DNA of 63,036 nt, the filler included, from Phoronis australis (taxonomy: Eukaryota; Animalia; Phoronida): NCBI GenBank assembly GCA_002633005.1. It is 6 parts of 6 records of this genome, joined end to end, with 100 filler letters (N's around TTAATTAATTAA, not from the genome) between each part and the next. Parts side by side here need not be neighbours in the genome. Positions count along the whole stretch, not along the records: positions 1 to 31,163 come from NMRA01000971.1; 5 more parts are not named here. One strand, written 5' to 3'. The notes beneath the pieces were generated by a model. The model saw only the letters and a program-made list of their open reading frames with translations. It was not told where the DNA came from and made no database searches. The translations under genes were made by a program, and so were the position numbers. Position 1 is the first letter of the stretch, and the number at the start of each line of letters is the position of its first letter. Positions 1-9,863 of the stretch are shown here, piece by piece.

Positions 1-1338
1 AACTTGCGAATTTACGGCAGACGCACTGAACGACAATCTAAGAGACAGGTTCATTTGCAGAATACGATCTGACAACATCAAAAAGAGACTGCTTGCCAAA
101 GAATTTACATTTGACGAGGCGATCAAAGAAGCGGTTGCGCAGGAAACGGCGGCAAAGGACATGAAGAACATTCATCCGGGAGGTAATAGCGCGGAAAATG
201 CTGCAACGGGCGCAGTGAATCTAGTTCAAGGAAGGAAATCGTATAACGCAAACCCGAGAGCGAGAAGTACCCCGTGCACGCCGAGAAACGAAACACAGTC
301 ACACGGAACGCAGAGAAATGGTCAAGGAACTCAGCGGAAACAGTGTTGGCGCTGTGGGCTCAACAACCACACACCAGACAACTAGACATTTGAAATCGGA
401 ATGTCAGAAAGGGGCACATTTTGTTGAAGATGACGACATTACCCTTGATTTATTATTTGCCACTGATGAAACGTCCTCACCCGTACCACCAGCAATCAAG
501 GTTAATTCCTATTAAGATTGAGGGAATATTCTATTCAATATGGAATTTGACCTTGGCGCAGGGTCATCGGTCATAAGTTTCGCTGACTATGAGAAACATT
601 TCAAATATATTCCCTTGAAACCTAGACAACAGAATATGCACGCATATGCCGGAGCGCAATTAGATGTTGCGGGACAAATCACCGTAGACGTTGAATATGC
701 AGGCCAAAATGTGGCATTGCCACAAACGATTGTACGAGCGGATCGCCACGCCCCTCCTTTGTTGGGTCGAGTGTGGCTGAGTCAGTTAAAGTTGGATTGG
801 CACCTACTGGCTGACCAATTGAAAAGACCTACGGATGGTCAATACGTCATCACCGACTGGATCAATGAGTTCCAGACAAAATACCCAAACGTCTTCAAAC
901 GAGAATTGGGAACCATAAAAGGAATGGAAGCTAAGCTCCACGACGACGTAACACCCATTTTATTGAGGGCCCAACCGGTTCCGTTTCCACTACGTGCCGC
1001 GGTCGAGAAAGAATTGGTGCAAATGGAGAACGAGGGCATCATCAAACGTGTGGATTACAGTGAGTGGGCCACCCCACTTGTTTGTATTCCCAAACCGGAT
1101 GGCAGTGTGAGGCTATGTGGTGACTATAAGGTCACAGTAAATAAGTCAATTAAAACTGACCAATTTCCGATCCCTACACCGGACGAACAGTTTACTAAAC
1201 TGGCTGGAGGTGACAGCTACTCCAAGATTGATTTGCGGTGTGCCTATCAGCAAATGTTGTTAGACACTGACTCACAAAAACTGGTTACCATTAATACACA
1301 TAAAGGCACGATTACCATTTGGTATCAGTAGCTCACCA
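1..1338 (+). mobile_element. Decayed Ty3/Gypsy gag-pol fragment (gag, CCHC knuckle, protease, N-terminal RT), truncated
   Basis: Frame 2 from the window start reads TCEF..LNDNLRDRFICRIRSDNIKKRLL (gag). CWRCGLNNH knuckle ends in a stop. MEFDLGAGSSVIS resembles the protease DTG site. RT motifs SEWATPLVCIPKPDGSVRLCGDYK and SKIDLRCAYQQ, then RLPFGISSSP after a frameshift. No YxDD, RNase H or integrase. Confidence 0.9.
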
Positions 1339-1357
1339 ATTTCCGATCCCTACACGC

Positions 1358-2050
1358 AAGGTTCGTAATATGAAAAGTAAATGTGACCAAATTGCGGCGA
1401 TCGCAGTGTTTCGGATTAGGTATCATACTGAATGCAGGGTTACGTTTTTTCTTGTAATTTGTTGATAAAAATGCTTTCTACACGATGAACCAGGTCATCT
1501 GCCATGTGCAATTTGTCACATCTGGTTGAATTTTTTGATAAAGAATATTAACACCGAGCATAGCCTAGGTCATGGTGAGGTAGGGACCAGGGGGACAAAC
1601 AGTTGATTTGTCATTAATCAGAAAGAATAATTGATGTTATTAAATATATTTCTATTAAAATAAAAAACCAGGCTTGTAATTGAAAATAAAAATTATTTCA
1701 CCATCAGTTCTGCTTTCTTGGTTTTAATAGTTCTTACGTCTATTTCATGTGTTTAAAGTTTCAAATATCTTCTGGACCAAGTTGAATTTTAAAATTAAAA
1801 CACCTAATTTGTTCGTCCAAAGCATAACCTTGTTTTAGAGGTCAGTTTCAGTTAACTGGACAGAGCAAGCATAGTTATCATGTTTCTTCACTAGCCTCGC
1901 TCATCCAAGGGGAAAGGTGTCTGTGCCTTCTGAGAGGGGAATTTTTTCGCCGAGTGAGGGGAAAAATCTACCTCTCGATCACCATCAATAGCACCCCCAC
2001 CCTTTTTGGGCTCTGTTTCAAGTAGCATTTTGTGTTCTTTCAAATTGTCC
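1358..2050 (+). repeat. Unclassified interspersed repeat, copy 1 (inverted copy at ~46890-48050)
   Basis: 1358-1865 aligns by eye to the reverse complement of ~47485-48050 (e.g. gaccaaattgcggcgatcg, gcagggttacgttt, agcatagcctagg..ggtgaggtagg). 2027-2050 matches ~46900-46923. Confidence 0.75.
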
Positions 2051-2689
2051 CATTTAATGGTGAATAAAAGTTGAGGTAGCGCTCGCGTGACCTAGCTGAA
2101 GCTGACATGTGTTTCTGGGCGAATAGCTACGTCCACATTCTGCTTCTGGAAAATTTTATAAAAGTTTTACACCTTCTCTGAGATATTTTGCGAGTGTGAT
2201 TGCACTGTCATACGTTAAATTCTGTTCATAAAATAACATAACTATGGAGTTTTTGCTCAAACTCTCTAATTAAATGAAAGACGTCACACTCCATGAATTC
2301 TGTTCGTTATGCGTTGTCGCGGAAGTCAGTGTCTTTAACTTTGTGATAAACTGTGTTTCAATGAATGGTAACTGTTTTGGCATTCTTGCTTGCATGACAT
2401 ATTGGAAAGAAACAAAAAATTTCCAGTGCTTGGGAGATCACGAGCTACATGAGAATGGTTTTGTAGGTTGTTTGATTAAATGAATTTTAGCACTTTCACC
2501 TGCATTTATTGCATATTTGTAAATAGAGGGTCGACTGTTTCACTAAAAAGTCTTTGTACTTGCTTAGTTATCCGACAATTGTTTGTTATGGCTGTTTTCA
2601 TTGAATTGATCAGGTTTGTCTTCAGAAATGACCTGCATCCTGCAGCAGACATAGTCACTGTGGTAGTGTGGTAGCCAAAAAATTCTGCC

Positions 2690-4308
2690 CATTTATGCCG
2701 TTATGCCTGTCCATTCGGTCTCAGTTGCTCTTTCTCCAAAACCTTTGATGTATGTTCATGAAATATTGCACTTGTGTTTCAACTTTTGTGGATGGAACAG
2801 CACGAGCGAAATTTCAGATGGACCGGACTACCAGTGTGCCTCTAGTGATTATTTTATTTTTTTTATGTTTATCCCTGTATTTTCGAAGGTCCTCAATGGA
2901 TTTTCTTAAATTTGGCAAATAGACATCTATTAGTGAGATCCTCCCGATTTTGGATGGTTTCGAGGTATTTATCACCACCTGTTTGTGATTCTGTTTTTTG
3001 CCATCCTCTATCAACCAAACCACTTTTAGGATGATTGTGACAATTGGTATGCTAATTGTTTCTACTGTGAAGAGGATTTTCTGATGACTTCGACTACTTT
3101 AGGGCTTCTTAGTGGTATTTGTTTGCCCATGGCTGTATCTCCTAAACCCTCTGCAGGATCTTTATTAAATTTAGCCAGTGTATTTATATGAAGTTGAAAA
3201 CAGACCACAACAATTTTTCGGACGGATCTGACGAAAACTGCGTCTCATAGTGGAAATTTCATTTTTTCTTGTTTTCCTCAGTTTCTCTGATTAAGTTTCT
3301 TGATGGATTTTTATGAACTTTGCTTAAAATAGCTTTGTATTAATAAAGTAATTGTTTTCAGATGTTTTTGATGTATTTTGCCCCATGTAGTGGCCATTTT
3401 TTCTGTTTTGTAGTCTGTTTTTTGGTGTCCAACTTCTGATGCTAATACTGAGGCAGACGTTGTTTTCAGACGTGTTCAACTTCTTTGGCACCCCCTAGTG
3501 CCAATTTTATTTTTTTTCGTCAACGGCTGTATCTCCTTAATACCCATTGCAAGATAGTTCCAAAATCTAACTGATGTGTTCCTATTAAGATGGCAAGAGA
3601 TGTCGGGGAGTTTCAGGCCAATCCAACTACAGCTTTGCACCCTAGTGGCAATTTTGTTTTTTACGTTTGCCTCTGTAACTTCTAGAGTTCCTATATGCTT
3701 TTTCCTGAACTTTGACAAACATTTCTATTATGAAGACGATGTAGCTCCTGTACATTTTGTGATGAATTTGATGTATTCTGTACCAACTAGTGTAGGGTCC
3801 ATTTTTATTAGTTTTAGTCTGTTTTTGTTGTCTGCTTCTATATCTGCGAAACTGCACAGAACAAGATCATAATGAAAATTGGCAGATGTGTTCCAACTGA
3901 CAAGAGCATAACTGACGTGGATTTTGTAATGGATTCAACTTCTTTAGTGTCCCCTAGTGACATTTTTCGCATATACAACTGGTCTTGCAAGATGTTTTTG
4001 AAATTATGCTGTCGTATTCCTATAAATTTGACAGCACATGGATGGATTCGACTAACCTCTGTGGTTCCTAATGAGAGCTTGTATTGTTACGGGTTTACTT
4101 TTGTTTCTTTGGAGTTCTTGTGATGGATGTTCATGAATTGTGGCAAATAGTTTTGAGATATGATGACACCTTCCCATTTTTTAATAGGTTCAATGTATTC
4201 TGTGCAGTCTAATGGCCATTTTTTATGTTACAAATAAACAGCCCTGGACGCTCACCGTTTGCGGTGCAGTCGTGTGCGCATGTCAAAGCTCCGGCCGCGT
4301 TGCTCTTG
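2690..4308 (+). mobile_element. HINE-like (Helentron-associated non-autonomous) family 1, diverged copy
   Basis: Shares the internal subrepeats (ccctagtggcaatttt, tcaaccaaacc, tttacctctgtatct variants) and the 3' end (gcgcat..gttgctcttg) with copies at 21083, 26781, 41937 and 62896. Confidence 0.7.
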
Positions 4309-5229
4309 ATGAGTTTTCTCACCTGTTTTGCTGATTCGATGACGCAAATGGAAACCCTGTTAAAGTATGTATCAAATTTCTCAAAAAATTGTGAATATTC
4401 AGTCACTTTACCATCTTGACTTTAAACTCTCATTAAGTGTCACCATGGTATAATACAAATACAAACACACAAGAAGTAAATCACTACATTTGGTTAAAAT
4501 TATCCGAGAAATGTAACATTCAAAGATCTAATTACAATCGATTAAACAAATACAAACCATCAAACGAACACACAAAAAGACTATAACTAGGAGGCTGCCA
4601 TACAAGTGAAATCTGAGGTTGGCTATTAAGATTGAAAGTGGATTCAGTAGCATTTAGAAAAGTACTCAAATCTAAGTTGAGTCGCTGAGAATCATAAAGT
4701 AATAATAAATTGCATTGATTCAGTAAAAATTCATCAATTTGGTTAAAAAAATGCTATAATTCCCATATTTATATTTTTCAGAGGCTTGCCACATTGTTTC
4801 AAATGCTCAAAGCTTTACCATAAGTTTTGGTAATGCATTATACAGAGAAAAAAATCCGAAAAGTTTCTATGTTGAGAAAGTTAACAAAACAGAATTTCAC
4901 CTTTCCACCATACTTTTTTCCCAAATTGAAGAATTTTACCTTAGGTAATGTTAACAAAATGAGGGCGATTTCAACTGGGCCTTGAAGATATCAAAACCAA
5001 TATGATTAACAGGACCTTTCAGGAACAACGTTTACACTAATTATGATGCCTCACTTGCATCATTTTGAAAATTATGTAAACATTTCTGATAATTAAGGAC
5101 AACACCAGCACACAATTGATTAAGTACTGTTGGAATAAATCTTTATGATCGACATATGTCCCGAATAATAGATAAATGATACGTGAGTCGCAAGCTCGTT
5201 ACCAGAGATGAAAAAGAGACCTAGATATA

Positions 5230-5438
5230 GGCCATATAAGGTCATTTATTATGACTAATATAATTACAATATAATGAATGCAGATAAGTAACATAAACAT
5301 GGCCATATAAGGTCATTTATGACTAATACAATTACAATATAATGAATACAGATAAGTAACATAAACATGGCGATATCAGGTCATTTATGACTAATACAAT
5401 TACAATATAATGAATACAGATAAGTAACATAAAGATGG
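5230..5438. repeat. Tandem repeat, ~68-bp unit x3
   Basis: Units start at 5230, 5301 and 5369: ggccatataaggtcatttatgactaatacaattacaatataatgaatacagataagtaacataaacat. Confidence 0.95.
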
Positions 5439-6332
5439 TAATCATCTGGTAAGATGGGCCATAAAAAGTGGCACAAGAGATGTTGTAAGACAGCTCATGC
5501 CCATCTTTATACGTATGTACAAGTCAGTCTCAGTGGTCCCTTACCCAATTTTGTTTGGGCCACAGCAAATCTTCACTCTCTTAGCACACAATATGGTCAG
5601 CAATTGATATTCTATTGTGCTCAATTTCTCCACAAACGAAAATATTAATAAAATTTATGTTAATTACCAGCATGGTTTGTGGTGAGTGAATGTCGTAAAG
5701 GATTTGGTAAGGTTTGCACTATTTCCAACATGGTGATCAACTTTTGAAAGAGTGATAAAATGGCTATTTTGGCATTTTTTTTGTGAAATGTGTAGTATTG
5801 CCATAAGGTCCTAATGGCCTTACTGTATTCTTTATAATACACTGGTGCTTTGTTTGACTTAGAAATGAAATCCAATGTTGATGTAGCTCCCTGGATGTTA
5901 ATTTCATTGACCATTTGGGTAAACCCCTTCCCCCCCGGCTTTTAAAAATATGTTTGACTGGTTGAACGGCCACCACCTGATTTTTAGTCCCCCAATTTAA
6001 CCATAATAGTGGAAAAGTGATTATTAAAGCATCTACTGACCCAAGAAAGTATCAATGACTTGTTTCAAGAAACTTTGTGTGTCAAGATTCTATAACCACC
6101 ACTTGCTTTTAATTTAGTATCACAAATGGTGTTATATCTAACAAATCTCTCTTTATTCTTCTCATACTTGACAATTTTTTTTTCGATGCCATAAAAGCAT
6201 AATTGGAGTTTTTGGTGTTTTGAAAGTTTAGTCAGTGCGGTACTTACCATATTTCGTTGCTCACATTTTCAAAAAAGAAAATAATCCATGACGAACGAAG
6301 TTAAGCGGGATTTGTTTGTTCTTTTTTACTCA

Positions 6333-7057
6333 TCACTTAGTATTTTTTGGAATATTAAGTGTTAAAATAACACTTTTGTGATCTGAGAAATCTTTAGGCT
6401 GAATTTTTGTTCTTTGAACCCAATTCTTCATGCTTTTACTTATGAGAAAATAATCTATTCTACTCTTATTGTCTTTGTGTTCGCATGTGTAACATTCTTC
6501 AGTTTTGTCTGTTCTTTGCCATGGATCATACAATGAGTGCTTTCTTTTGAGTTCTTTAATTTGTGTTGTGATGTCTTGTTGATAATATAATGAACCCTCA
6601 GGGCGATCTGCCGGGTATTGGACTGCATTGAAGTCACCACAAAGAATCACAAATTCTGTATTAAATTCCTCAATAATGTGTTGTATTTTAGGAATGTATG
6701 TTTCCTTACTTTCGTGGGGCCTGTAAATATTGATAAGAGTAAATTCCCTTTCTCTTATAATCAGTTTCATTGCAACATAACTTCCGTTTAAATCCTGTTT
6801 TAACTCAACCATTCTATACAAATTCTTGTCAATATAGGTACAAACACCATGTGATTTTGATGACAGATTGCTGAAATAGTGATGAAAAGTGTCCCTTTGA
6901 AATTCTTCAATCTGCCCACACAGTGTAAAGTGGGTCTCTTGAAGACAAATGATTTGGCATTTCTTAGCTTCCAATATCTTAAAAGCTCTTCCTCTTTTGT
7001 TGCTTTTATTCAGTCCGTTGCAGTTCTGAGTCAAAATTCTAATCGTGGCGGCAGATT
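6333..7057 (-). CDS. L1/Tx1-type apurinic-like endonuclease (APE/EEP) domain, stand-alone, probably a terminal exon
   Basis: All EEP motifs present: TQNCNGL, CLQETH, NIY, CGDFN, SRIDY, FSDH. No ATG start; preceded by a pyrimidine tract plus CAG (tttttacattcctttttattgacag, ending at 7058). Ends TGA TGA; AATAAA at 6152-6157 (minus strand). Confidence 0.85.
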
Positions 7058-7607
7058 CTGTCAATAAAAAGGAATGTAAAAACCATTACTGAGTTGGTGT
7101 ATATGTGATGCATCACTGATAATTGTTGCAATGAGCCAACTGCCTTTTAGATATGTTAAATACATGTACTTTTGTGCAACATATCTTTGTTTCCTTTTAT
7201 TTCACACAACCACTAACTAATTACTACACATTTTGTGAACCCATATTATGTGCCCCCATCGGAAACCCCTTTTATCCTCTCGAAGAATCACTGTAGACTG
7301 GTCTATTGACATCATCATTGTGAGCAACACATTACCGTATTAAAGGCGAAAGCAACCTTTTTTCATGTCATTTTCAGCAAAAATAAGGTTTGTTGGTCAT
7401 CCTAGACATATTTTTCACTTAATTACAGCTTTTCGTAATTTAATTAATTGCCCATCCTCTACTCCGGAAATGACGTTTTGGGAGGCAAGAATTTCGCGCC
7501 AATTTCTTTTCATTTGGTCTGACTGCGAGAGATGAAGAGTCGGTCATTGGTCTACCTTAGTTGTGATAAGTTCGGTTGTTGTTTGTTTTGTTTACGAATC
7601 AGTCAAC

Positions 7608-8330
7608 ATGCCACACTGTTGCTGCGTACCGGGATTTACTCATTATCGTCTCACGCGCGCTTTGGGAATACCCGGCTTTGCATCGCTTTCCGAAGGATGA
7701 CACACTTCGCCGTCAGTACTTGGCCCGTTCGGGTAATGCACCGTTATAGCCGTCCACGCAACGTTCGAAGCAGTGGAGGGTTACCGAGTGTGTGGCAACC
7801 ATTTTCTGTCGTCAGATTACGAGAGAGATATGTACGCTGAATTGATGAAGATACCTGCGAAACAACGCCTGCAGAAGGGTGCCATACCGTCGCCGTTGAT
7901 TCCCGGAAGTGCCCGGCACCAACCCCGAGAAGTTCATTTTTGAAGCGAGAAGCCTTGCAAGCTGTGGCCACTACAGTGACTGGAGGCACTTCATCTACTG
8001 TCACCGTTGCCTCCGAACGTACCCCCAGAGCGTGCAATTCCGGGACTAGCAGTGATTCGCCCTGTGCTGTTGTCTCTAGCCCAGAGGCTTTAAGCAGCCC
8101 TGCAGTGATACTGAGTTGTGGGAGTGAATAGAGGCCCAGTTCGATACCCAGTAAAGAGGACAGTTGGTCGTCCAGTGAACAGATCGGTGAGCCAAACCTT
8201 GATAAGTTTATTGCGGACTTGTCTAAGGTATTGTAGCTATCTAGAAGGTGCCATGTGTGTGGCGAGAGAGTCACACGGCGGGATGTAAGCAGTTTGGGTG
8301 CTTAGTGGAAGTGTGTCGTAGGATACTTGG
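7608..8330 (+). pseudogene. Kolobok THAP-transposase N-terminal relic
   Basis: Across frameshifts: MPHCCCVPG, LHRFPKDDTLRRQY, YRVCGNHF (THAP C2CH). Later KFIADLSKVL*LSRRCHVCG resembles the KFIV..L..CxxC block of Kolobok transposases. Confidence 0.7.
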
Positions 8331-8344
8331 TCAAGTGGGACAGT

Positions 8345-8437
8345 TGTGCCTGTGCGTACTCGCGCCTCATTATGCTCGGGCTCAAACATATACCCACCCA
8401 CTGACTCACTGTCCGTGAAAAAATTCCTCGTCACCAC
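8345..8437 (-). pseudogene. Fragment of the Kolobok convergent accessory ORF (KolX / P2X7 C-terminal-like)
   Basis: Acidic stretch followed by GGYMFEPE, matching the YxFEP N-terminal motif of this family; convergent with the transposase relic. Confidence 0.45.
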
Positions 8438-8639
8438 TGCTATGAATAAGGTCTGTGTTACTCACGCCACTACTGTCACTGCGGTGATATGGGTCACCGA
8501 CTCCAGCCCGTCAGATTAACACAAACTAAACAATCCCTAAATCCAATGTAATTGACTTCTCTAACAACCTAGATTGTGATATACTCGTCGATGGGAAGTG
8601 ATGACGACAATTTTAAAAAACAGCACGAAAACAAAGTAG

Positions 8640-9863
8640 TATAGTTTTCAGGCAAAAATAGCAGTTTTAATTGAACTTACAATACCAGCAGAAGACAATA
8701 TGGAATCAGCACACCTGAGAAAAAGAATGAAATATACAAATCTCGTCGAAGAATGTAAAAACGCAGGATGGCAAACAGTTCTGTTCCCTGTTGAAGTTGG
8801 CAGTAGAGGCTTCATCTACAAATCATTAAAGAAGCTAATGAATTTCCTCGAGGTCCCCAAAGAAATCAAAAAACAAGCATACCAAACGGCATCTCAGACA
8901 GCTCTTAGATGTAGCTATACAATATATTTATCAAGAAATAACAAGCAATTTACAGAATGGCAACTCTGCAACATTTCTAAGCCCAAGATTGAAACACAAT
9001 TAGCTACTTCGTCATCCCCGATATCAAGGAAGACAAACGAAAAATCAACAAAAGATAAAAGATTTGGTCTTTGCAATATTGGAAACACGTGTTTTGTGAA
9101 CTCTACACTTCAAGCTATCTTTTCATGCAACCTCAACTGGCACAAATACAATATCAACAAGAAAAACAATATGAAAACCATCCTTGTGAACACATATGAA
9201 GCAACTAAAAGGTATACATCAACTCCGTCTGAAATTTTGAATAAACTAAGATTACAGAACAACTCTCTTGGCAACGGAAGTCAACAGGATGCCCATGAAT
9301 TTTTACTATGGTTACTGAACCAATGGCACGTTGACACACTTGCTCACAACGCTGATAATGTAACGTCTGAGGTTACTAGTACCTTCCAACACGTGAAGAA
9401 GCAAACTAGGAGCTGTAATAACTGCACAACAACAAAGGAAAAAACACAGATAGACTGGGAGTTGACCGTCTACCTCCCAACGCTAAGGAAAGAAATAACT
9501 ATGCAGGAGTTGTGGCACAGCTTGTGGACGTCGTTGGACATCGAGGACTTTAGTTGCCCAAACTGTAATAGTCTCAGTGGCCAGCTCACATGGTCATTAG
9601 TAAAACCGCCAAAATACCTTTGTATTCATATCTTACGTACCGCGACTAATGGTGAAAAAATCAACACAAAGATTTCCTCGTATGACCTCTCCGGCTACAA
9701 AATAAAAGCAGTCATTGAACACCATGGAAGAAAGACGACGGGTGGTCATTATACATGCTGTGTTAAATCGTCAGCATGGGAATGGATAAATTTTGACGAC
9801 TCTACAGTCACAAGTACATCCAAGCCTCCCCAGGATGCCTACATTGCAATATATGAATTATAA
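8640..9863 (+). CDS. Fusion of a HERO-type restriction-like endonuclease C-terminal region with a ubiquitin-specific protease (peptidase C19)
   Basis: Open from 8640 (first ATG 8700). RLE: YS..AKIAVLIELTIPAEDNMESAHLRKRMKY..LVEEC..AGW....FPVEVGSRGF. USP: GLCNIGNTCF (Cys 9090), QQDAHEFL, CNNC/CPNC, HHG...GGHY (His 9747), WINFDDSTV (Asp 9795/9798), AYIAIY. Confidence 0.88.
   Translation, partial: YSFQAKIAVLIELTIPAEDNMESAHLRKRMKYTNLVEECKNAGWQTVLFPVEVGSRGFIYKSLKKLMNFLEVPKEIKKQAYQTASQTALRCSYTIYLSRNNKQFTEWQLCNISKPKIETQLATSSSPISRKTNEKSTKDKRFGLCNIGNTCFVNSTLQAIFSCNLNWHKYNINKKNNMKTILVNTYEATKRYTSTPSEILNKLRLQNNSLGNGSQQDAHEFLLWLLNQWHVDTLAHNADNVTSEVTSTFQHVKKQTRSCNNCTTTKEKTQIDWELTVYLPTLRKEITMQELWHSLWTSLDIEDFSCPNCNSLSGQLTWSLVKPPKYLCIHILRTATNGEKINTKISSYDLSGYKIKAVIEHHGRKTTGGHYTCCVKSSAWEWINFDDSTVTSTSKPPQDAYIAIYEL

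Noticed and set aside
5230-5438. CRISPR-like array
   Set aside because: Contiguous tandem units with no unique spacers; eukaryotic context.
7744-8274. 176-aa minus-strand ORF
   Set aside because: Antisense shadow of the decayed Kolobok transposase; no recognisable motif.
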